Below are positions 1-8,311 of a stretch of DNA of 64,000 bases, in pieces. This DNA is from a virus (taxonomy: Duplodnaviria > Caudoviricetes). Below the pieces are notes generated by a model. That model saw only the letters and a list, made by a program, of their open reading frames with translations, did no database searches and had not been told where the DNA came from. Each line of letters opens with the position of its first letter. The stretch's first letter is position 1. The DNA lies in IMG/VR virus record IMGVR_UViG_3300047576_000028, positions 1 to 64,000 of that record; one strand, written 5' to 3'. Both the position numbers and the translations under genes were made by a program.

Positions 1-25
1 AAGCAGTGGTATCAACGCAGAGTAC
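1..25 (+). other. SMART/SMARTer template-switch adapter (library artefact)
   Basis: Exact AAGCAGTGGTATCAACGCAGAGTAC at the contig start. Confidence 0.97.
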
Positions 26-37
26 TTCCGTGAAGCG

Positions 38-628
38 ATGGCCTTGCTTGAAGCGGCGGACGAAAAGCCCCTCACCGGGACAGTTGAAGTTGATGAGACT
101 TACATCGGCTCTAAGAAGTATGACGCACGTCGCAAGCGCGGACCCTACGAAAAGGAGCCGGTATTCGGCATGATCGAACGCGGCGGAAAGGCCCGCACCT
201 ATCACGTAGCGAAAGTAAACCGCCAGACCGTGATTAGCAAGATTGAGGATCACATCGACATAACCGCCGATGCGGTCTATACCGATGACAGCCCGATCTA
301 CAACAAGATGCCCGGTAACGTACAGAAGCACGAAAGCGTCAATCACTCCGCAAAGGAATGGGTGCGCGGCGATGTCCACACCGGAACGATTGATGGTTAC
401 TGGGGACTGCTGAAGCGGGGCATCATAGGCAGCTTCCACCAAGTCTCGATAAAGCATCTGCATCGTTACCTCAGCGAGTTCCAGTTCCGCTGGAACAATC
501 GGGAATCGCAACAGATGTTTGCGCTGGTCATCGCGGCGCTCGTAATAGGCTCCGCGCTTCCGTATGCGCAACTGATTGGCAAGGCCACTGCTATGACTCC
601 GGCTCCTGAATCATCTGAGGCTCAGTAG
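38..628 (+). mobile_element. IS1595-family (ISXO2-like) DDE transposase, 5'-truncated at the adapter
   Basis: VEVDETYIG, VYTDD, HESVNHS..EWVRGDVHTGTIDGYWGLLKRGIIGSFHQVSIKHLHRYLSEFQFRWNNR motifs. Confidence 0.93.
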
Positions 629-749
629 ACTCCACTTCGGGGCGCTCCTTCTTGGGGCGTCCCTTTCCCTCAAATGTTTTCATTGGCATAGGTGGCAGAG
701 CCAACAGGGCCTTTATCACTTTCTCGAATTGCGTCTTTTCAACTTTCAT
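591..749 (-). CDS. Small IS-associated hypothetical protein (MKVEKTQFEKVIKALLALPP...)
   Basis: ATG at 749 with upstream AAAGGA; converges on the transposase. Confidence 0.45.
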   Translation of the reverse strand: MKVEKTQFEKVIKALLALPPMPMKTFEGKGRPKKERPEVESTEPQMIQEPES

Positions 750-813
750 AGCATCCAATCCTTTTAGCAAAGGAGTTACAACCATGACACGCCAAACATC
801 CTCTAGTAACACC

Positions 814-897
814 GGAGGGCGTCTGGCCGGTGTCAGGAGCCGTCCTATAAACGGCTAGTCCGTTACGGACGCGGTTCGACTCCGCCGCCCTCTGCCA
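814..897 (+). tRNA. Non-canonical 8/4 allo-tRNA-like gene, anticodon UAU, G73, encoded CCA
   Basis: 8-bp acceptor GGAGGGCG/CGCCCTCT; D stem around a CGGT loop; anticodon arm GCCGT-CCTATAA-ACGGC; long variable arm GTCCG-TTA-CGGAC; 4-bp T stem GCGG-TTCGACT-CCGC; ends GCCA. Confidence 0.85.
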
Positions 898-899
898 AT

Positions 900-1886
900 T
901 CACTGTACATCGATCTGCCCGTTATAGCCTGGACAGGAGTTCCAGGAGTTAACGTAATGCTCGATCATGCCATCTTTCTTAATGGCGCGCCAACCCATAA
1001 AAGTGGCGCAAAAGTGAGCCTCATGCTTTCCTACGGAATCTAAAAATCTACAAGCGCCAATGACCATCACAAACTGTTTGCGGTCTGCGAGTGCCTGCTT
1101 TATCTCTGGGGTTGCCTTTTGTCCTGAGGGTTCATTCGCCACGTTCAAGAATGGGGGCGCATTAGGAACTACGCAATTCTTCTCTGGGCGTTTCGGAACA
1201 CCAGAAATGATTTTGGCATATTCTGCCTTCCAGTCACTAATAGCTGCACCCTCGGAGATTTCCGACTCGCTTGAAATTAACAGCATCTTACCGAATGGTT
1301 GCGGATTGCAAGCAAGATCAGTTCCGCGATTAACCCAGTTGATATTTAGCGTCATCGGTACTCCGACCGGGAAAGGATCTCCTGGATAATATCCGGTAAC
1401 GTCCGCCTGAATGTAAGCACTCGTGGTTGGTTTCTGAGTCTTCGGTATCGTCGGGATAGGTTTGTTATTGGCTTCCGATAACTGTTTTTGCAAATCGTTC
1501 ACATTGGCGCGTAGCCGATTCCGATCTCTAACTAGATCCTCATGGTCTCGGCTTATAACAGCGGGAATAGCAGCCGCAAATACCAAGATCAGCAAGACAG
1601 CCAACCCAAAAAGCGTAGCGCCCAATGTTTGAGTCAGAGTCTTTCCGCCTGCGGAGGTCAACACCTTCCACCTCCACCAACCCTTGCCGAGTGTGAAGCG
1701 CGCGGCAAGAGCGAACACCACAAGAGCGAGTAGGAAGTCCCTAATGATCGAAAACGTAGTAGCTGAGTTCCACGACAGAAATACCGGCCACGCGCGGGCG
1801 CAAAGGTGCCCAATGTGCGTCGCGGCAGAGACGGATGAAAAGTTAGAGGGCAGCACCACAACCCATTGTGGTCCCCAAACCGCCAC
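900..1886 (-). CDS. Membrane-anchored hypothetical protein (IS passenger); true start uncertain
   Basis: Two hydrophobic helices, a coiled coil, then a beta-rich C-terminal domain. Confidence 0.6.
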   Translation of the reverse strand: MAVWGPQWVVVLPSNFSSVSAATHIGHLCARAWPVFLSWNSATTFSIIRDFLLALVVFALAARFTLGKGWWRWKVLTSAGGKTLTQTLGATLFGLAVLLILVFAAAIPAVISRDHEDLVRDRNRLRANVNDLQKQLSEANNKPIPTIPKTQKPTTSAYIQADVTGYYPGDPFPVGVPMTLNINWVNRGTDLACNPQPFGKMLLISSESEISEGAAISDWKAEYAKIISGVPKRPEKNCVVPNAPPFLNVANEPSGQKATPEIKQALADRKQFVMVIGACRFLDSVGKHEAHFCATFMGWRAIKKDGMIEHYVNSWNSCPGYNGQIDVQ

Positions 1887-1899
1887 TTTGTCAAGTAGC

Positions 1900-2293
1900 T
1901 AGTAACGGATTCGCCGCCATGCACTCACAACCAAGCGGTTACCTCGGGTTTTTCCAGAACCAGGGATTATCGCCTTTCGACGCCCTGAACCCAGGTATGG
2001 CCCGTTAGCATGCCCGTCTTCCCTGCTGCCCTTTACTGCGCCTCACGACCTGCCCCCAGTTTTCAGTGTGGGATTCCGTTAATGGGCGGGCGGCTTGCGA
2101 GTGCCGCCCACCGGGTGTTTGTCCTTGGCTGCCTCTCGGCTCGCTCCGATTGTTACTGCCCCAAGGATCTTCTTTGTGGCTGTTCTTTTGGAGACCGCGC
2201 CACCAGCCTCCTGTCCTTTTGGCGTCTATCCGGTGTCAACCATCAAAATTCCAAAGGCCCCTACCGGGCCCGCCCTTCTGCCTTTACGGCATT
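1900..2293 (-). ncRNA. Putative ~390-nt structured ncRNA, family unrecognised
   Basis: No minus-strand ORF of 60 aa or more lies within it; several helices and GNRA-type loops; strong promoter upstream; 5' part repeated elsewhere. Confidence 0.55.
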
Positions 2294-2299
2294 GGCTAC

Positions 2300-2328
2300 A
2301 GCATATTATAAATCGTGGGCAATGTCAA
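2300..2328 (-). promoter_or_regulatory. Sigma70-type promoter TTGACA-N17-TATGCT
   Basis: Minus strand reads TTGACA ttgcccacgatttataa TATGCT. Confidence 0.7.
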
Positions 2329-2425
2329 GCACAACTTTTGGCGGGTAGTGCGCTATTTGTGTGTGCTTGATTCAAAACGGCATAGGCGATCTTCGGGTCA
2401 GCGCCCTAATTTATTGGCATGGCAA

Positions 2426-2480
2426 TTCAAGTTCTACCCGTTAGTTCTCCAACTCCATCTGCCTCAGCCGGAGACGCCGG
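2426..2480 (+). repeat. 55-bp exact copy of 46749-46803 (3' end of the prohead protease gene)
   Basis: TTCAAGTTCTACCCG...GAGACGCCGG identical at both sites. Confidence 0.95.
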
Positions 2481-2666
2481 CGCCCAACACTACCGACCAT
2501 CATTGCAAGGTGGTTTCCAGGTAATCCAGATACTTCTTGAGGCTGGCCACGAACTCCTTGCGGATGGCAGAATCGAAACGGACGCGGGCGAATACGACCC
2601 TGTCATCCTCCCTGCCCACGGGCGTAGATATTTCCTCCGGCGCTGTCATTTCGCGATCAGTGTCAT

Positions 2667-3122
2667 TCATGCCGATGGGTACCACTCACCAGCAAACAGC
2701 AATTCCTGTTGGGCGACCTCACACCGTTGCACGTGGTCCGGGTCCACGAAGCCATGCGGGCCGGGAAGATTCCAGTTCAGCCCACTAACAAGCCCGTGCT
2801 TGGCCGCGAGGTCCGCGAGGAACTGCCAGTCGCCTGCCCAGGAGGCAGCGCCCATGATGATCTTCGCAAAATCGCAGGCTAGGCCATAATGGTGAGTCCC
2901 GACCGTTCGCAGTTGCGTGGCCCTCTGCGAGAATAGCATCTCCTGTCGCTCCGCGCTACGGAATGTTTCAGTGACGATCAGCGAAATTCCAAGCGATTTC
3001 GCATCCGCAATAATATTCGCCACCGCTATTCTCGTAAAATGCTCGAGCAGGGCCACGTCGCGACACTCTACGGGCGAGTGGAAACGCGGATCTGGCTGAA
3101 TTACGTCGGTGTAGAAGCTCAT
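2667..3122 (-). CDS. Endolysin, peptidase M15 (L-Ala-D-Glu peptidase-like)
   Basis: ETFRSAERQEML, THHYGLACDF and DPDHVQ zinc-peptidase motifs. Confidence 0.88.
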   Translation of the reverse strand: MSFYTDVIQPDPRFHSPVECRDVALLEHFTRIAVANIIADAKSLGISLIVTETFRSAERQEMLFSQRATQLRTVGTHHYGLACDFAKIIMGAASWAGDWQFLADLAAKHGLVSGLNWNLPGPHGFVDPDHVQRCEVAQQELLFAGEWYPSA

Positions 3123-3370
3123 CCTAGCGCCGCCTTCAGCATGGACTCAATGCGGCCCATCGAAATAATGAAAGGTTTGTCGAAAACCGTGACGGTGAGA
3201 GTAAGGGCGATTGGATCGTACTCCGCGTTCGCCACAATCCCGTGTCCGGTGATGTGCATCTGGTTAGGGCCAGTAGCCGCTAGGAAAGCGCCGTCCTTTG
3301 CCAAATCCGCTTCAAGCCCGGCGATCTGGGATGGTGTGATGTTGGAGATGGTGAATGTTTGGGGTGTCAT
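3119..3370 (-). CDS. Hypothetical protein
   Basis: ATGA overlap with the endolysin. Confidence 0.6.
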   Translation of the reverse strand: MTPQTFTISNITPSQIAGLEADLAKDGAFLAATGPNQMHITGHGIVANAEYDPIALTLTVTVFDKPFIISMGRIESMLKAALG

Positions 3371-3589
3371 ATTTAGGGGGATTATACAGTTACCACATAC
3401 AAACCAGTCACCGGATATACGTTAGCTCCCGTAGCGGGAATTGCCGTCCTTCTTGCAATTCGGTACGTAGAGAGTCCAGAGGAACTAGAAAGTGGCACGA
3501 GCAAGCAAATCCAGTTTGTCCTGACCCCTCCGCAATGCCTAGAAATTGCGGAGGCAATGACCAGACAGGCAGAACGCCTACGTGGGGAG

Positions 3590-3772
3590 CGGTTGCGGCT
3601 AACGGATGCGTTCTCCAAGAAGATCGAGTATCATGTGGCATCGTTGGCAATCCAGTACGTATACTATAACTTCGTCAGGATTCATCAGACCCTTCGGGTG
3701 ACTCCGGCTATGGCAGCGCGGGTGACTGATCGGCTATGGTCGGTTGAAGATATCGTTACTCTCATGAAATGA
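3590..3772 (+). pseudogene. C-terminal fragment of an IS1-like transposase
   Basis: RLTDAFSKKIEYH...YYNFVRIHQTLRVTPAMAA..TDRLWSVEDIV; the N-terminus is replaced by unrelated sequence. Confidence 0.85.
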
Positions 3773-4766
3773 TCGTGCGCTTGGCCAGTTCACGTCTTAT
3801 GATATCCACAAGCCCACGCGGAACGCGCGGCCTTCCCTCGTCTTCCCACGCCTTCCTGATTATTGCAACAGACTCATCGGCCAAGATCGCAGCGTCGTCT
3901 TTAGCTCCAGGAACGGGAATCTTTACCTGCGTATAATGCCCTACGCCAGAAGCGGATTCAGAAACAAATTTAGCCTCACAGACGTGATAGAGAACCCGCG
4001 CCAGCTCCATCTCTGAATTAAAGGAATGACTCAGCAGAGTGTTGGCCACGCCGTATTCTCCGATCCCGATAGCCGCCCATCCGGTAACGTCATAATTAAA
4101 GGCAACGCCTGGATTTCTCACTGTGAATATATGGCCGTCCATGTTCCAATCGAAACCACCGATGATAACCTCAAACCCAAGGTCAACCTTTTTAAGTTCC
4201 TCGGCCAAGTGCGGTTGCCACTCCGGCTTTTCGGTAAACGTTTTCCAGGTCAGCCCGACTGGGAATAAAACTACGGATTCAGCATGTCGTGCCCATTGGC
4301 TCCGATACGCTATCGTTACGCAATGCGAGACTGCCTCTAACGTATTTTCTTCGTCAGGCAGCCTGGACAGCAAGAGCGTGGCTGCTTCAATTATTGGCGC
4401 TACATGGCCAAGGCTGCTCGCGGCAATCATCGCCCACCATGACTGACCTATCGGGAACAGTTTACCAGCGGTCCTGTCTCCAGAAAACTGCTCAGTGGAC
4501 AGCATACTGTCGCACACCAAGACTAAAGATTTCCCAACATCAGCAAGCGCTGCGATGCAGACCGTCATATACCTGCGATCATACATCAACTGTATTGCTT
4601 TGCGGGCTTCTGGGCGGTTTTGCCACCCAGGCGGGTCTGCATACACCACGCTGGAATGTGGGTCGTGCCAAGGGGCCGGTCCCCCCACGTAGGACCCGGC
4701 GGACCTGCCCATATAAGGCCCCCGAACGCCTGGTGTGGTTGCTGGGTGATATGATTGCGTTGCCAT
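3762..4766 (-). CDS. Proteasome-beta/Ntn-hydrolase-like protein 1 (core starts at Met-Thr, 4568)
   Basis: MTVCIAA..D..K N-terminus, EVIIGGFD, GHIFTV, WAAIGIG, GVG. Confidence 0.72.
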   Translation of the reverse strand: MATQSYHPATTPGVRGPYMGRSAGSYVGGPAPWHDPHSSVVYADPPGWQNRPEARKAIQLMYDRRYMTVCIAALADVGKSLVLVCDSMLSTEQFSGDRTAGKLFPIGQSWWAMIAASSLGHVAPIIEAATLLLSRLPDEENTLEAVSHCVTIAYRSQWARHAESVVLFPVGLTWKTFTEKPEWQPHLAEELKKVDLGFEVIIGGFDWNMDGHIFTVRNPGVAFNYDVTGWAAIGIGEYGVANTLLSHSFNSEMELARVLYHVCEAKFVSESASGVGHYTQVKIPVPGAKDDAAILADESVAIIRKAWEDEGRPRVPRGLVDIIRRELAKRTIIS

Positions 4767-4889
4767 GGCTGAAACCGTAACGTGTCCGAAATGCGGTGCT
4801 GAAGGCGAATATCTCAGAACGTGTTGCAGGAAGTGCGGCGACTACATCCCCGCCCTAGTTGCGAAGGCAGAAACGGCGGCGGGGCAGCC

Positions 4890-5885
4890 TTATGGTTTAC
4901 GGATTGACGGCCATTGAGTAATGCTTCCTTCGTTGATAAGTTCGATAACCCCACGGGGAACGCTAGGAGCGCCATAACCATCCCACGCCTTCCTCACATC
5001 GTCTATCAATCCAGGACGATGTTGGCTGAAAATAGAACCAAATTGCATCACGTACAGATAGGTGTCTCTCCCAATTCCACTACGTTCCGCCATAAACTTA
5101 GAAGCACATAGCGCAAACACTGTTTCCGATAGAGATTTGTCTGTCGCCTGCTGGAAATAGTATAGCATCGCATCAGCGGCGTACATTCCCGACCCGATAC
5201 AGCAGAAACCGGGTTTGTCAAACGTGCGGTCTATTCCCGGATCGCTCACCGTAAAGATGTGCGCCCTTCCGGCCCCGTCGAATCCGAACACCAAGAACTC
5301 GCACCCAACTTTAACCGCATCCATGTTTTCGCAAAGCGAAGCAAATATCTTATCCGTAAACCTTCGCTTACCAGACTTCTGGAACGTATCCATATTAAGA
5401 CCATATCCAGAAAGAACCGCATCTGTCTTCATCTCAACCAAATGCTGCTGGTAAGCCTTCTTAAAAGCCACCCTAGCGGTCGCTACAGTGTTAGCGCGAT
5501 GGTGCATGTACTTTGATGCCCGTTGGATTATCGGCAACGCTTGCGTGATATCATCTCCTGAAATCATCGCTAACCAGTCCCTAGCGAACGGCTCCATTTT
5601 CAGAGTGCATCCATCAGCCGAAATAGTAGAACCGGAAACCATCGTATCGGATATCGTGACGATGTAGTCGCCGGTAATTGCAGCCGCACAGAGCGTCATG
5701 CGCTTCTCCTTGGATATTCTCCAAGGATACCGCGTATACTTGACCGTTTGTGGATCGGGACGCCTGACGGGGCGCGGAACGGGCCGCTGTATCGCTGGCC
5801 GGTGGAAGGCCTGTGGACGGATCTCCGGCTTGCCCCGGAATGACCGGCGGGTTGTGTACGGTGATAGCGGGGAAGACTCCATCAC
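4890..5885 (-). CDS. Proteasome-beta/Ntn-hydrolase-like protein 2 (core starts at Met-Thr, 5699)
   Basis: MTLCAAA..SD..K, EFLVFGFD, AHIFTV, CIGSG, GIG. Confidence 0.75.
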   Translation of the reverse strand: MMESSPLSPYTTRRSFRGKPEIRPQAFHRPAIQRPVPRPVRRPDPQTVKYTRYPWRISKEKRMTLCAAAITGDYIVTISDTMVSGSTISADGCTLKMEPFARDWLAMISGDDITQALPIIQRASKYMHHRANTVATARVAFKKAYQQHLVEMKTDAVLSGYGLNMDTFQKSGKRRFTDKIFASLCENMDAVKVGCEFLVFGFDGAGRAHIFTVSDPGIDRTFDKPGFCCIGSGMYAADAMLYYFQQATDKSLSETVFALCASKFMAERSGIGRDTYLYVMQFGSIFSQHRPGLIDDVRKAWDGYGAPSVPRGVIELINEGSITQWPSIRKP

Positions 5886-5929
5886 CGCAATCCTCCCGCC
5901 AAACTGGGGTGGGTTTTTCCGCTCATAAA

Positions 5930-5948
5930 TTCAAACTGACCCACTACC
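5930..5948 (+). mobile_element. Right terminal inverted repeat of the IS1-like element
   Basis: TTCAAACTGACCCACTACC (reverse complement GGTAGTGGGTCAGTTTGAA), downstream of the transposase fragment and cargo. Confidence 0.75.
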
Positions 5949-6155
5949 GAAAATAGAACCAAATTGCATCGGGACGGAAGTCAAATCGCTCAGACACCAG
6001 TTGACAGCTACAATAAAGACGACGAGCAACAATACTCCCAAGGCAAGGTAGCGTCCATAATGGCGGGTAGTTGATACGACCGAGAAAAGCACAAGGCCAA
6101 TTCCTAATGAACCGGAAACAACAGCTAAACATAAATGAAGCAATCTATACACCAT
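5931..6155 (-). CDS. Small two-TM membrane protein; 3' end supplied by a copied segment and the IS end
   Basis: Hydrophobic helices; ends MQFGSIFGSGSV. Confidence 0.5.
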   Translation of the reverse strand: MVYRLLHLCLAVVSGSLGIGLVLFSVVSTTRHYGRYLALGVLLLVVFIVAVNWCLSDLTSVPMQFGSIFGSGSV

Positions 6156-6484
6156 CAGTTGCCGTCCTTAATGCAGTGCCAGGTTGTGAGCCACAGTTCC
6201 AGCAATGGCCGTAGCCACCGAGGATTTCCGGGAGCGCGATGGCCAACATCGGAGCGCCATGCCGACCCTCGGACCACAATCGACTGCCAGGGGATCGGCA
6301 GATCGTGCGGCGCTGGGCTGATGGCTGCGGCGCGGTAGGCGGCCTGGAGCATATCGCGTTCGCGCAAGTCTGGCCCGCGGTCTCGGGCATGCTGGAAAAT
6401 CGCATCACGCCTCTCCGCTTCTGCCTGAGACTCCGTGCGCGCCAGAAACGCAGAAAGTGTTTCGCGTTCAGTCCTTCCTACCAC
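6155..6484 (-). CDS. Hypothetical protein
   Basis: Tightly coupled ORF in the lysis region. Confidence 0.45.
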   Translation of the reverse strand: MVGRTERETLSAFLARTESQAEAERRDAIFQHARDRGPDLRERDMLQAAYRAAAISPAPHDLPIPWQSIVVRGSAWRSDVGHRAPGNPRWLRPLLELWLTTWHCIKDGN

Positions 6485-6825
6485 TTGGCGATTGTCCTTG
6501 GATTGGGCACGTAGAGTGCCTTGCCGGGCGGCTCCGCTGCCGCATGCGCCTGGGCCGGAGGTGAAGCCGCCGCAAGGCTCGCCACCACAACAGGGTCAGC
6601 CACCTTCACCAATCCAGCTTGCTGAACATCGCCACCGGTCACATGGGAATCCTTGGCGTTGATGCCAAGCGCCGCCAGCCCGCCAACCGCCGCAAACATT
6701 GCCACCGCCGCTATCCATTGCGGGAAATGGATGGATAGCGGCGGTTGGGACGCGAACAGAACGAAGGACGCAGCGGCAGAGACGGCAGCAGAGATAGTGG
6801 TCTTTTGATTTGCGCCGATGGTCAC
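6478..6825 (-). CDS. Holin-like two-TM protein
   Basis: NQKTT...two TM helices...LGINAKD pattern; near the endolysin. Confidence 0.6.
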   Translation of the reverse strand: MTIGANQKTTISAAVSAAASFVLFASQPPLSIHFPQWIAAVAMFAAVGGLAALGINAKDSHVTGGDVQQAGLVKVADPVVVASLAAASPPAQAHAAAEPPGKALYVPNPRTIAKW

Positions 6826-7052
6826 GACCCCACCACGGGCGGAGTCAGCGCCAACTGGGCCACATCGTTAGGCCCTACAGTCCCCAAAACAGTCGCGATG
6901 GCCCCAGCAAGAGTTAGTGCTTCAGCGGCACTTATGTTCGGGTTTTGCGTTCGTATCCCGATAAAAGCGTTCCACAAGGCAATGCCACCTGGAATTGCGG
7001 CGACGATGCCCTGTAGTACGTCGAGTCCGACAGTGACTGTAGTGGTCTCCAT
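6822..7052 (-). CDS. Small hydrophobic hypothetical protein
   Basis: GTGA overlap with the holin-like gene. Confidence 0.55.
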   Translation of the reverse strand: METTTVTVGLDVLQGIVAAIPGGIALWNAFIGIRTQNPNISAAEALTLAGAIATVLGTVGPNDVAQLALTPPVVGS

Positions 7053-7059
7053 AATAACG

Positions 7060-7500
7060 TTACGCGGCCTGCGCTACGACCGGCGGCTTAGGCGTTGCCG
7101 CCACTTGTGCCTGCAACTGTGCCTCAAACTCCGCTACGGCATTGGAAATAGCTACAGCCCCATTGACGATAGCCGGGATCATGTTCAGCGCCGCTGGCGA
7201 CAACCCCACATTCTTCCCGATAATCGCTATGACCGATTCCAAGTTTGGAGTTTGCGCCTGCAAGATGGCGATTGCGGACTGTTGTTTGGCCTGCCCTTGT
7301 TGCACGCCGGTTATCAAGGTCTCCATCGCATTGGTTGCGCCGAATGCGATAGGAATGATCTCTGCCGCCAGAGGCCCGAACACAGGGATAGTATCGACGA
7401 TAGGAAGCAATGCATTGACTTCCGGCGCGACCGCCTGGATGCCGCCAAGGACGTTCCCGACAACCGATTCGACCTTGAGGAGAACGGATTTGAAACTAAA
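7060..7500 (-). CDS. Amphipathic hypothetical protein; original start apparently lost at the IS remnant
   Basis: Frame stays open upstream of the TTG at 7410 (SFKSVLLKVESVVGNVLGG...). Confidence 0.6.
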   Translation of the reverse strand, partial: FSFKSVLLKVESVVGNVLGGIQAVAPEVNALLPIVDTIPVFGPLAAEIIPIAFGATNAMETLITGVQQGQAKQQSAIAILQAQTPNLESVIAIIGKNVGLSPAALNMIPAIVNGAVAISNAVAEFEAQLQAQVAATPKPPVVAQAA

Positions 7501-7528
7501 AGCCCCCGGCTTTAGCCGTGGAGTTCAC
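7496..7528 (+). mobile_element. IS200/IS605 right-end remnant A
   Basis: CTAAAAGCCCCCGGCTTTAGCCGTGGAGTTCAC; terminal TCAC supplies the TGA of 7525..8022. Confidence 0.8.
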
Positions 7529-8022
7529 TGGCGCACCTTTGATCCAACCTTTACCGTTCGCTTCGCCAGCGATGTCACCTGCGATTTCTCGGCAGCCGTG
7601 GCGACCGGAGTTTGTGGGGTGAAATAGGCGACAATGACTTGCAGCGCCGCATTGAACGCGGAGAGATATTGCTGGGCCTGCGGACTGAACAGTGAGATGT
7701 TCACCTGCCCGATGCACTTGGTAACGGACAACGCCTCAACAGCCCCGCCTGCATTCGCTTGTACAGCAACTTCGATACAGGCTAATGCCGAGTTTAACAA
7801 AGCTCCGCCTGCCTGCACTTCCGATTTGACGTTAGCCGGGATATTGGGGAGCGCTGCCACCAGAGCCTCGCCAGCTTCGACGCCTAGCGTTACATCAGCC
7901 ACGATCTGGCTAGGCGTAGGGGCGGGCGGAGTTGGGCCGGTGGACGTTGAGGCGCAGCCGACCATGAGCATTGCGCCGCACAAGGCGAGCGCGAGAAGTT
8001 GTACGTTGATTCGGTTCTTCAT
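7525..8022 (-). CDS. Lipoprotein (possible spanin or lysis accessory)
   Basis: Signal peptide with an LMVGC lipobox. Confidence 0.7.
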   Translation of the reverse strand: MKNRINVQLLALALCGAMLMVGCASTSTGPTPPAPTPSQIVADVTLGVEAGEALVAALPNIPANVKSEVQAGGALLNSALACIEVAVQANAGGAVEALSVTKCIGQVNISLFSPQAQQYLSAFNAALQVIVAYFTPQTPVATAAEKSQVTSLAKRTVKVGSKVRQ

Positions 8023-8063
8023 GATTCTTAGCTTGACCCTCGTTTTCGGTTCTTCATGATTCT
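8010..8063. repeat. 19-bp direct duplication around a 16-bp IS-derived insert
   Basis: TTCGGTTCTTCATGATTCT at 8010 and 8045; 8026-8045 equals 54631-54650. Confidence 0.9.
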
Positions 8064-8311
8064 CCTTTTTGTTGAGGCTGCACCACTATCCGCGCCGACA
8101 AGCACGATTACCAGACAACTTGCCAGCTTCGGTTTGTATGGATTCCTGCTTCCCGCTCAACCGCTGCCACTGCCCGTCCTAAGCAATCGTAAACGCCGAA
8201 GTAGAATGGGTTTACCACCAAGGCCCTCCAATTCCCATTGACTTCAATCACACCGCCCACCAGCAATCCGTCGATGTAGCACTGACGCACCGAACAGGAC
8301 ATCTTGCGCCA

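Noticed and set aside
814-897. tRNA-Sec (selC) or an attachment site
   Set aside because: Anticodon is UAU rather than UCA, the fold is 8/4, and no duplicated 3' end or integrase is visible
2010-2370. Three overlapping plus-strand ORFs
   Set aside because: No RBS or protein-like composition; better explained as the antisense of a structured RNA
7529-8311. Both facing element ends are followed by TGGCGCA (possible invertible segment or shared guide seed)
   Set aside because: Only 7 bp, one copy is constrained coding sequence, and no invertase is present; chance cannot be excluded
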